Of a DNA stretch of 50,979 nt, positions 1 through 10,559 are shown piece after piece. A program made the position numbers and the translations under genes. How positions within the stretch are numbered: the first letter of the stretch is position 1; the number at the start of each line of letters is the position of its first letter. This stretch comes from Macrostomum lignano. Lineage: Eukaryota. Under the pieces are notes generated by a model, which made no database searches, was not told where the DNA came from, and worked only from the letters and a program-made list of their open reading frames with translations. Location of the stretch: NCBI GenBank assembly GCA_002269645.1, contig NIVC01002832.1, positions 1-50,979 of the forward strand, read 5' to 3'.

Positions 1-1156
1 TATTGGCCGGAAAAGCCAAGCTAAGAAGAGACTACGCAGCACTGTAAAGTCGGCGTGGTCCAGGACAGATTCGGCTGTACGCCAGCCAGATCAGTAGCGT
101 TTGTGTAGTACCAGCGACCCTGTTCTGGCTGCTCCGAATCAACTCGCCGCCAATACTGTGCGAGCCGCCAAAAGGATAACGCTGACTGGCAATTGGTACT
201 AGGCCGTCGTTGTGGCACCAATCTAAGTCGAGGTCTGGACGGTAAAACTCCTGATGTAACCGATGATCAGCATCTGTAGAATGGTTCCGATGTTTAATAC
301 GCACTCTGCGCGAGCACATATAGCGACAAGAGGGCAGAAAAAATGAGCGACAGTCTCGACTTGGAGTCGCACAGTTCGAACAAGAAGTTCCTGGCGCTGT
401 GCACTTTGAAACGCAGGACAGATAGTATGTGGATGGAAAGTCATCAAGAAATCCCGAATAATTGATGCGAGAGCAGCCTTGAATGGACAAATCGTAAGCC
501 AGGTTATCAGTTCCAGCGAAAATTCCGCTGGAGCGCAGTCGAGATGGATAAGCAACATCAGTGTCGGATAGGCCCCAATGTTCCAGAATCCAGTTGCGCG
601 GCAATAGACGACTAAAAACGTTCAGCATGCGCGGCCAACGAAATAAGCCGGTAGCTTCGTCGCAGCCGAACATATAGACAGCGGGCGAGCCGTTGAGCGG
701 ACTGGCCAGGCAAGTTACGGATGTGACCCAATTGGACTCGGTGCCCTCCGACCAGAAATCATCAGCCAACAGGCGCTGGAGAGTTCTAGAAGTGTTTCCA
801 CCGGCCGAGTGTCCAACTAGATGAATTGGCTGCTCAGCGCACCAGTCTGGGTGGAGGCCTCGGCCAGTAAAGTCCGGGCCCCATCGCTCGTGGCCATGCA
901 AAGCTGAGTGCTCTTCGCCATAGTCTGTCCGGCATCCGCGAAGCTGCGCGTATAGCTCGCATGCTCGGTCATGCTGCGAACTGATTGGGCCAACACCGGC
1001 CTCCAAGACTGTCAGGCCGCTGGTGTCCGTGCGAGAATCCACAGCCGTCTCCCAGTAGGAGACGGCGCCGCTAGGCAGAACCAGCTGGCCTGGGCCCCAG
1101 CCTAGCAGGCCGTGCACCAGAGCCACGTGACGCGTCTTGGCCAGGTGAGTGCGCAT
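1..1156 (-). CDS. Lipase, alpha/beta hydrolase of bacterial family I.5/I.6-like type, copy 1; 3' end runs off the window and appears frameshifted
   Basis: Motifs LVHGLLGWG, SQHDRACELYAQLRG, DYGEEHSALHGHERWG, GHSAGG, NDGLV. Matches 15655-16813 except for three 1-bp deletions in short runs within nt 1-140. Confidence 0.85.
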
Positions 1157-1941
1157 GCTCCCCCAGCTGATGGACGCCGCCCGATTCTGCCGCAGGCATG
1201 CAAATTAATTATAAGCGTTATTTAGCAAGTAGCTTTGATTTCCTTTCAAAAAAGGCCAACCAAAATAAACTGTTTAAGCATTAAGAGTCTGTATAACTCG
1301 AATGAGGATCTGCAAGATGGCGAATTGAATAGAGCTTTTAAGCCTTGCTATAAAAAATAAAAATACTAGTTAATGACATTTTAAAGACATACAAACACAA
1401 GAAACGCTATATACGTAACCAAAAGGTGGTAAAATCAAACGTATATTTTTGTTTAATACGCAAATCAGCGCCACTAGAGAAGTACAGGAACAAACGGTCA
1501 CAAAGATAAGCGGACCCTATTGCATAGCATTGCGCTGCTTTAATATATAAACTATCAGCTCAAATTTGCATAATAAAATGCTTTAAAACACAGAAAAAAT
1601 CAACCAATACCAGAGCAGTCAGATGCAAAGTAGATTTGTTGGCGAATTGCCGTTAGAAGAGAGCTTCATAAAGTGCTTATTTAGTTGTGTGCCAAATATT
1701 CCAGTGAAAGATGTGTAGGGGATGATTTTGTTTTGCAATAGATATAAGCTTCATCGAAAAAAACTAGTGGATATATGTATATAAAAATATGATTTATTTT
1801 GAAAATGATTACATTCTGCAGTGTGCTGCCTTTAATAATTTTATTAGTTAAACTGATTTTTCACCCATAAACAAGTGATGTTTATGAAGGATAAAAACGA
1901 AAAAATGCAACTAAACAATCCAATTGGAAGCTTTAAACCAG

Positions 1942-3069
1942 TCAAGGCAAGTGGCACCAATCGATGGTCGATTTTCCAACCGACTTCAAATAGTCGTTGG
2001 CTTCCTTAAAGTACATTTTGCCAAAGAAGCCGCCCCGATTAACGGCCAGAGGCGACGGATGAGCGCCGCAAATGACCTTGTGCTTGCGCTTATCAATTTT
2101 GGCGCCCTTTTTCTGGGCATAGTTGCCCCACAGTATGAATACTAGGCCTGCGGAGCGAGAGTTGAGCGTAGCGACCACGGCGTCAGTGAACGTCTCCCAG
2201 CCGCGGCCCTGATGCGAATTCGCCTCACCGCGGCGAACAGTGAGCACAGCGTTGAGCAGTAGCACACCTTGCTCAGCCCAGCCAGTCAGATCGCCATGTC
2301 CTGGATGCTGAAACTTGTCCGGAAAATTGTTCGACACCTCTTTGTAAATGTTGAGCAGGCTGGGAGGCGGCACGGTCGGCCGGCGGACCGAGAAGCAGAG
2401 CCCGTGGGCCTGGTTAGGGCCGTGATAGGGGTCCTGGCCCAGGATGACCACCTTCACCTCCTGCAGGCGGCAGGCGCGAGTCCAGGAGAAGACCTCCCCA
2501 GGCGGAGGGTAGATTGTCTTGCTGGAGCGCTCGGCCCGAACAAATTCAGCTAGCTGGACAAAGTAAGTCTTAGTGAGCTCAGGCTTCAGGGCCTGCATCC
2601 AGCTGATACCGAAGTCAACCATCAGCGACTGAACAGCGGCTGGCTGGGCGCTCAGAAACTGGCTCTGGTTCTCCTTTCCGAAGCTGGACGGCGAAGCCAG
2701 AAACGCGTTAAGATTCTGCTGCGGCCGCGGCGGTGTCTCAGTTGATAGGCAGGGACGCTTCGGCTCGGAATTTTTCATCTCCCCGGAGCAGTCTTTGTCC
2801 TCGTCTTTGTCGGCGCTCAAAGGTCGCTTATCCATGGACTTGCGGCTTTCCTGCTGATTCTGTAGCCAATTGGACCTTGACTCAACTTTTTCATCCTTTC
2901 TTTCTTGATCGGGCGTCGAAGTTTGGTCAGCGTCCTGCTTGGACGAGGAAGATTTCTCGCCATCTTTTGGCATTGTTTTAAAGAACTTAGAAATTTGAGT
3001 CTGAGCCATTGCCTGTCTAGTCTGTCTGCTAGTGCGCTGGATGGCGAAGTGCGCGATTTGAGCTAGCAT
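1942..3069 (-). CDS. UNG: Uracil-DNA glycosylase family 1, intronless, copy 1
   Basis: Catalytic motifs GQDPYH, GLCFS, PPPSL, GVLLLNAVLTV and HPSPL. N-terminal PIP-box-like QTQISKFF. Confidence 0.97.
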   Translation of the reverse strand: MLAQIAHFAIQRTSRQTRQAMAQTQISKFFKTMPKDGEKSSSSKQDADQTSTPDQERKDEKVESRSNWLQNQQESRKSMDKRPLSADKDEDKDCSGEMKNSEPKRPCLSTETPPRPQQNLNAFLASPSSFGKENQSQFLSAQPAAVQSLMVDFGISWMQALKPELTKTYFVQLAEFVRAERSSKTIYPPPGEVFSWTRACRLQEVKVVILGQDPYHGPNQAHGLCFSVRRPTVPPPSLLNIYKEVSNNFPDKFQHPGHGDLTGWAEQGVLLLNAVLTVRRGEANSHQGRGWETFTDAVVATLNSRSAGLVFILWGNYAQKKGAKIDKRKHKVICGAHPSPLAVNRGGFFGKMYFKEANDYLKSVGKSTIDWCHLP

Positions 3070-5294
3070 GAATGCGAGAGGATATTCATAATGCTTAGTA
3101 CACGAATCATTACGCTAAATTACTCACACTAATGACTTAAAATACGACGAAAGCCTTCACTGGCCATTCTCCGCCAATGGGCTCCCCTAAAAGGGGATAA
3201 ATAAGGATTTTTGGGGCTTAGCCTTAAGTCTATGCCCAAAACTAAGCGTGACTCAACGTTTTATGGCCTAGAAGTAAAATTCTCTATGCCTGAAATTCTA
3301 GGTTAGGGTGTTTGCCACGACGCTTGTGTTTCAGAGTCGGAAATCTGTATGGTCTATGGCCCAACCCAATTTTTATATGCTATCGGGCGCTTTTATTCAT
3401 TTCCAATTCTAGTCGTATATGTCTATCAGCTGTGTTTCACAGTCGGAAATTTGCGTAGTCTAAGGTCCAACCTGTCTTTAATCTGTATGCTTTCAACTGG
3501 GCCACAATACTTGCTTTGAAATTCTCTACTTGATTGTCATTTAACCAGAGAGAACAGCTTTAAACAGCTGGCTTGGCTTGCTGTCTGTGGGAGAGAGCAG
3601 CTTGGAATTGCGAGCTGTCCACTTAATTGGCTGTACTGTCTATGGCCGAGTGTGCTGTTTCATGGCATTTACTTGATCGGCCTTATTATCAACTTGACTG
3701 ACGAAATCAATACAGCTTTTTGCAGCCCATTTGGGCTTACTCGCATTGAATTTAATCCAAGATATGCTTGCTAAGTAATGGTAGCAATGGTAGCGGCTAT
3801 GAAACCCAATCATTAGTTACAGCTGCGCAAAGCAATCTATTCACTGTACTAACACAAGGTGACGTAAAAAATTCAATCTGCTTAACTATAACAAAAAGAG
3901 CATTTTTAGTATGGTCAAAACTCCGCTTCGAGCAGAAGTCTTTGGTCTCTGTTTGACAGTCTAGCATATGGTCCACGATTCTGGGGCTGATCTTGCTCCG
4001 CCGCAGCAGTTGCAAATGAAGCATTGCTCTCGTCTTCACTGCTTGTGACAGTCATGTCTAAATGAACATCTAGGGTTAAAACTACAGAGCGGATAGGCCC
4101 AAATGGGCCGCAAAAGGCTATGCTATAATCTAAACTATGAAATCTATTAAAAATGAAAACGAAAAATGTGCAGTTGTCATCAAGGTTATATTTGTCAAAA
4201 CGATGACGGATATATAAATAATCAAAAAAGGTGAGGGAAAATACCATCAAGTTTTAAAAAAAAACGGACTAGGATTACATTCTGGTACGAACAGTGCAAT
4301 ACGATAAAGATCGAACAGTGGGTCAAGATGGACTTTGTTCACAGATAAATGTTTAGGAATGCACATATTTACATAACGTATGAGGAAAGTAGAGTATAAG
4401 ACTGTAAAAAAGTTTTTGCTATTTTCGTCCACTACATATGGTTAAGCAGGGTAAAGTATACATAAGTAAAGTATAACATAATCAAGTCAGCTGAAGACAA
4501 TGATATTCATTCAAACACAAACAGAAATTGAAGTGTCAGAGAGGCTTGCTTGAAAAAGTCTACTATAGAAACACACAGCAACACACAAAGTTAATGCTTG
4601 CCAAACAAGTACTTGAAAAATTCACTAAAATGAAAAAAAATAAACAGAGAACTGACCTAATTAGGCTATTACGGTGTAAATTTATTGATAACAGGAGGAT
4701 GTGCAAGTCAGCTAAAAGGAAATAATTTTCATTACCTGGCCACTCTATTAGCATAATAGAAGTATCAATATAATGTAGGAATCATTGCAACGTTAAGAAC
4801 ACAATTTGCGTTCAATGCAGGGTAAAATACTGTTAGTTCATCAGCAGCAAACTAAAATATTCAGAACAATTATTACACATAAGTATTATAACTAACAATG
4901 CAAACATCGGTGAAGAAGATAAATATATTTGTTGTGCGAATTGATATCGAATTGAAATTTGATTGTTGGCTAGCGATAAATAAATATGCGAAAATACATC
5001 TGATATGCACACAGAGATGAGCTCAGCAACAGTTAAAATGACATGCATCTCTGAAAATAAATAAATAAATAGATTAGCAATATGCCTAATTCGCTGCATG
5101 GTTGCTATGCTATCACAGCTGGGTGAAATAGAGCTCATTAGAAGCTCATTAGAATCTGCTTAAATTAGAAGCCCAACTCAAAAAGAAAGATTAAAATAAA
5201 TCAATACCAAGACAATACACCGAATGTCAAATGTGTACAACAAACGATTGAGGTAATCATAAGTAGCAAAAACCAAGTAGACAGAAGCGCCCAG

Positions 5295-5440
5295 TCACAA
5301 CCGGCTATCCTCTCTGGAGCCCGAGGCCCCGGTCGATTCGTACAGCTCGAAATTGTCGTCCTCGTCTGGATCGTCCTCGTTGGCCGAGATTGTGACAACT
5401 GCTGTTGTCCGAGCGTTGCTAATGACCGAGTGCGGACCAG
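5295..5440 (-). CDS. Candidate terminal coding exon Z', duplicated copy (xGPHSVISNARTTAVVTISANEDDPDEDDNFELYESTGASGSREDSRL*)
   Basis: Acceptor ctcccgttAG, 146 nt open to TGA. The substitution between copies is synonymous in this frame (ATT/ATC). The 2-nt indel between copies lies just upstream of the acceptor. Confidence 0.55.
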
Positions 5441-5582
5441 CTAACGGGAGTTATAATGATTGATATCAACCAGAGCGAGTTAATCACTTGGGGACTTACA
5501 GCCTTAGCCACAGATTTCATATTACCCAGATGTGTCCCTCCAGCATTCGCTAATGTATTTAGTGGCAGTCTAGGAGGCTCCA

Positions 5583-5885
5583 GGGGGTTGTAGCCTAGTG
5601 TTTAGAGCGTCGTACTCACGACTTAAAGGTGGGGGGTTCGATTTCAGATCCCACTGGAACAATTTGTGTCCTTGAGCAAGACACTTAACTCTGCATTGCT
5701 TCAGTTCAACCAGCTGTAAAATGGGTGCCAGCATTAGCTGGGGTAATTGAGGGTGTGCGTGGCGACCCCCAGTCCTTGGACTGAACAGCCGTACGCAGCC
5801 TTCAGATGCGACGCGCAATAGCTGCGGCTGAGCTGTCGGTTGCACATCTGCCCATTGGGACAGGTGTAATCAATTATTATTATTA
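5583..5885 (+). mobile_element. tRNA-derived CORE-SINE with 12-bp target site duplication
   Basis: A-box TAGCCTAGTG and B-box GGTTCGATTTC. MIR-CORE-like tgtccttgagcaagacacttaac...ctgtaaaatggg. (TTA)n tail. TSD taggaggctcca at 5571-5582 and 5886-5897. Confidence 0.9.
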
Positions 5886-6237
5886 TAGGAGGCTCCAAAA
5901 ACTCCAGGGGGTTAGGGCCACAGACACTAGCTGCCGCTGCTAATGCTACAGTCTATGGTCTAATGCGGCTGGAGTGGCCCATCTAGGGGCATATAGCATC
6001 TGTGATATTAGCTAAAGATAGGCCATGAAAACTTTAAGCTGCTGGCCATAGACCCACAGCCTTAACAGTCTATGGTAAAATAGCACAGTGGCGCATTAAA
6101 ATTCTAGCCATAGTTTATGGTCAGCCCAGCAGGAGCGGAGTTTTTCTATTTCTAGCTCCGGCGTAGAGAGTAAACCCTATCGAAGTCGAGTACATTAAGT
6201 AGTATATGCAGTTTTCTTTAATTCAAAGCGGACAAAC

Positions 6238-6301
6238 CTTGGTATCGGGAGTTAGGTCTCCTGTTGAGCTCTTCGCCTTCCTCTGCGCGGCCCCGGCCGG
6301 G
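6238..6301 (-). CDS. Candidate 64-nt internal exon Y', duplicated copy (PGRGRAEEGEELNRRPNSRYQ)
   Basis: Strong acceptor tctctttccattgcAG and donor AAG|GTTTGT. GC-rich island in AT-rich DNA. Its phase-1 end fits exon Z'. The inter-copy change CGA/AGA is synonymous. Confidence 0.55.
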
Positions 6302-6690
6302 CTGCAATGGAAAGAGATTGACAGCAACAATTGGCAACTTTGAACACAATAATAAATATAAGTTAGTTACGCACGTTATTTAATAGTTACTTAAGGCCTA
6401 ATGCTACACATGGTTAGTAGAACCTTATCAGTATATTAGTACTTAGTTAATTAAAGAAAACGAGTTCGGAAAAAATTGAAGTGCTCACTTATGCATGTAA
6501 ATAGCGTAGAATAAAGAATAAAAAGAATGACTCGAACAGTTAAGAAAGACAACAGATTACAGAACTTGGGGTTTGAATACGAAAATTTGCAGAAAAATGA
6601 GAATATCGCATCACTTCTCACCCGGAACCGGCGAAGCTGCGTAAGAGTTATAATGCAATAATAATTATGCATAATAATAGTTCGAATATA

Positions 6691-8930
6691 ACTGGCATGA
6701 GGCTGAGCACAATAACAGCTCCATCATATTCCATAGCGAGCACTCTGACTGGCATGGGGCTGAGCACAATAACAGCTCCATCATATTCCATAGCGAGCAC
6801 TCTGACTGGCATGAGGCTGAGCACAATAACAGCTCCATCATATTCCATAGCGAGCACTCTGACTGGCATGTGGCTGAGCACAATAACAGCTCCATCATAT
6901 TCCATAGCGAGCACTCTGACTGGCATGAGGCTGAGCACAATAACAGCTCCATCATATTCCATAGCGAGCACTCTGACTGGCATGGGACTGAGCGCAATAA
7001 CAGCTCCATCATATTCCATAGCGAGCACTCTGACTGGCATGAGGCTGAGCACAATAACAGCTCCATCATATTCCATAGCGAGCACTCTGACTGGCATGAG
7101 GCTGAGCACAATAACAGCTCCATCATATTCCATAGCGAGCACTCTGACTGGCATGTGGCTGAGCACAATAACAGCTCCATCATATTCCATAGCGAGCACT
7201 CTGACTGGCATGGGGCTGAGCACAATAACAGCTCCATCATATTCCATAGCGAGCACTCTGACTGGCATGAGGCTGAGCACAATAACAGCTCCATCATATT
7301 CCATAGCGAGCACTCTGACTGGCATGGGGCTGAGCACAATAACAGCTCCATCATATTCCATAGCGAGCACTCTGACTGGCATGGGGCTGAGCACAATAAC
7401 AGCTCCATCATATTCCATAGCGAGCACTCTGACTGGCATGAGGCTGAGCACAATAACAGCTCCATCATATTCCATAGCGAGCACTCTGACTGGCATGGGG
7501 CTGAGCGCAATAACAGCTCCATCATATTCCATAGCGAGCACTCTGACTGGCATGGGGCTGAGCACAATAACAGCTCCATCATATTCCATAGCGAGCACTC
7601 TGACTGGCATGGGGCTGAGCACAATAACAGCTCCATCATATTCCATAGCGAGCACTCTGACTGGCATGGGGCTGAGCACAATAACAGCTCCATCATATTC
7701 CATAGCGAGCACTCTGACTGGCATGAGGCTGAGCACAATAACAGCTCCATCATATTCCATAGCGAGCACTCTGACTGGCATGGGGCTGAGCACAATAACA
7801 GCTCCATCATATTCCATAGCGAGCACTCTGACTGGCATGGGACTGAGCGCAATAACAGCTCCATCATATTCCATAGCGAGCACTCTGACTGGCATGAGGC
7901 TGAGCACAATAACAGCTCCATCATATTCCATAGCGAGCACTCTGACTGGCATGAGGCTGAGCACAATAACAGCTCCATCATATTCCATAGCGAGCACTCT
8001 GACTGGCATGTGGCTGAGCACAATAACAGCTCCATCATATTCCATAGCGAGCACTCTGACTGGCATGGGCTGAGCACAATAACAGCTCCATCATATTCCA
8101 TAGCGAGCACTCTGACTGGCATGGGCTGAGCACAATAACAGCTCCATCATATTCCATAGCGAGCACTCTGACTGGCATGAGGCTGAGCACAATAACAGCT
8201 CCATCATATTCCATAGCGAGCACTCTGACTGGCATGGGGCTGAGCACAATAACAGCTCCATCATATTCCATAGCGAGCACTCTGACTGGCATGGGACTGA
8301 GCGCAATAACAGCTCCATCATATTCCATAGCGAGCACTCTGACTGGCATGAGGCTGAGCACAATAACAGCTCCATCATATTCCATAGCGAGCACTCTGAC
8401 TGGCATGGGGCTGAGCACAATAACAGCTCCATCATATTCCATAGCGAGCACTCTGACTGGCATGGGGCTGAGCGCAATAACAGCTCCATCATATTCCATA
8501 GCGAGCACTCTGACTGGCATGGGGCTGAGCACAATAACAGCTCCATCATATTCCATAGCGAGCACTCTGACTGGCATGGGGCTGAGCACAATAACAGCTC
8601 CATCATATTCCATAGCGAGCACTCTGACTGGCATGAGGCTGAGCACAATAACAGCTCCATCATATTCCATAGCGAGCACTCTGACTGGCATGGGGCTGAG
8701 CACAATAACAGCTCCATCATATTCCATAGCGAGCACTCTGACTGGCATGGGGCTGAGCACAATAACAGCTCCATCATATTCCATAGCGAGCACTCTGACT
8801 GGCATGAGGCTGAGCACAATAACAGCTCCATCATATTCCATAGCGAGCACTCTGACTGGCATGGGGCTGAGCACAATAACAGCTCCATCATATTCCATAG
8901 CGAGCACTCTGACTGGCACTCTGACTGGCA
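6691..8930 (+). repeat. 57-bp minisatellite array 1, 39 full units
   Basis: Unit actggcatgNggctgagcacaataacagctccatcatattccatagcgagcactctg. 6691-8911 = 39 x 57 - 2 (two 56-bp units). Confidence 0.98.
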
Positions 8931-10151
8931 CTGATATATACTTGGCAACATTGAAGAGTCGACACCCTTTTTCCCCAGTGAGCAGTGTCGATCAGCTTCT
9001 ATCACCTGGCCAACCATTTTGATAATGAAAAATGCTTGAAAAACAATGAAAACCGGGCGGAAGCTTCAATCCATCCAATCTTCGCCCTCCGCTCTTCCCA
9101 ATCCCTCCTCACCCAACCCAACTCTGCGTCGCGTGGCGCAAGTTGCGTCACTCAAAAGTCAAAAGTGGCGACTTTTTAATGTTGTTGCGTATATATGAAC
9201 TAAAATATTCTATTGGCGGGTGCATTTTGTGAGCTCATAAGTGGTGCTCCTTGATTAGTGTAAGAACTTTGTGAGAAATTCAATTTAGACTACTATTGAG
9301 AAAAGTAGACAAATAAAGGTTTGAATCATAAAAATATCGATCTCACCATAGCCTGAAAAATGTCGCCATATAAGCAAAAAATATGCGTTTGTGCACACAA
9401 AGTGGTGGGAGAGGATGGTGTGTGGCTATGGCTCACTGACGAAGGCAGATATATACAAGGCAAAAACCGGTCTCGGTCTGCCTGCGCGAGAGTCATAGAC
9501 TCTCGGATTGAAACGGTCACTTAAAAACTCCTCTGAGTCCTGAGTGAGTCTGCTCAAAAGAATCATGGATGAGGGAGCTTCACGAAATTGTTTGCCAGCT
9601 TCAAGGCCAGGGTTCATTTGGGCAATGGGCACAGTAAACACCCGAGGTACCAGGAGGGCCTCCCCCAGAGAGCGGCCAGTTGAGTTCCTTTGTGCTCTTT
9701 CTGATCTATGTGAACAACTGGGATGGTCTGAAGGTTGAGTTGAATATGGCGGTTTTGCCGACAATATAGACGAGCGGCGACACAGTTAATAAAATCAGGG
9801 ACAGCATGCAGGCGTTGGACAACATCGGCTGCTAGGCCACTGGATTAAGGATTGACCTCAACTACGTGAGTGCGAGACCTGCTTTTTAGCCGCTCGCCCA
9901 GGGACAAGTCCACCATCCCCAACATAGTGCAGTGATAAATGGCAATTGGCAATACCATAGAATGCAAAAGCTCGCTTACGTGTAAGTACCTCAGAGTGCG
10001 CACTCGGCTTGAAATTTCAAAGCAGACTGACTGACTACGCCGTGGAGAAAAAGAGGAAGAGAAGTTGTATGATCAGAGTGCTGGCTAATACTGATCAAGG
10101 GTGGCGGATGGAGTGTTTGATAAAAAATATACATTCACAAGGCAGTGGTTA

Positions 10152-10514
10152 GGGGGGCCATAGCCCAGCGGTCTAGCGCAGGCTCTGGTGTGCCAGCGAC
10201 CCAGGCTCGATTCCAAGTGCAGTCACATTAATTTGGGGCTGAATTGGAATCTCGGCTTGGCTCTGCTCGTGCAATTAACGGCCTTGAGAGCCAACCCCCC
10301 CCCAGGCGCAGTGAAGTGTACATGCCTAACGATAATATAAAGTTAGGGCCGCGCTGTGCACTCCTGTGTGAGTGTGTGCCTGCGTACGTATCCGCGCGCT
10401 TGTATGCCTGCTCAGGGGAGTCGGCGGAATGGGAAGTAATGCCTCTCGCCGGTTGTGTGCCTATGTCGCTTAAAGTGCGCCAGGGTGCACACAACCCCCC
10501 TGCCTCTAATAAAA
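10152..10514 (+). mobile_element. Second tRNA-derived SINE family, full length with 13-bp TSD
   Basis: A-box TAGCCCAGCGG and B-box GGCTCGATTCC, short A tail. TSD aaggcagtggtta at 10139-10151 and 10515-10527. Related copy at 28455-28773. Confidence 0.85.
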
Positions 10515-10559
10515 AAGGCAGTGGTTAAAAGCTGCGTTTTTGGTACTGCGCATCTGCTT

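Larger units (their letters stand above)
1..8911 (+). repeat. Segmental duplication, left copy (partner 15655-24543, offset ~15.65 kb)
   Basis: Colinear and roughly 99% identical by eye across lipase, UNG, the SINE and the array left flank. Scattered substitutions and small indels. Right flanks after the arrays are unrelated. Confidence 0.97.

Noticed and set aside
1942-3069. Viral origin of the intronless UNG
   Set aside because: It has a cellular-type N-terminal PIP box and host housekeeping neighbours, and no viral genes are nearby.
5583-5660. tRNA genes at the SINE heads (also 10152, 21213, 29058)
   Set aside because: A and B boxes are present but there is no complete cloverleaf; they continue into SINE bodies with TSDs.
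6691-8930. 57-bp arrays as CRISPR-like repeat-spacer arrays
   Set aside because: There are no unique spacers; units are contiguous and differ by 1-3 bases. No cas genes; eukaryotic context.
9440-9770. Possible additional LINE fragment
   Set aside because: No diagnostic motif recognisable in any frame.
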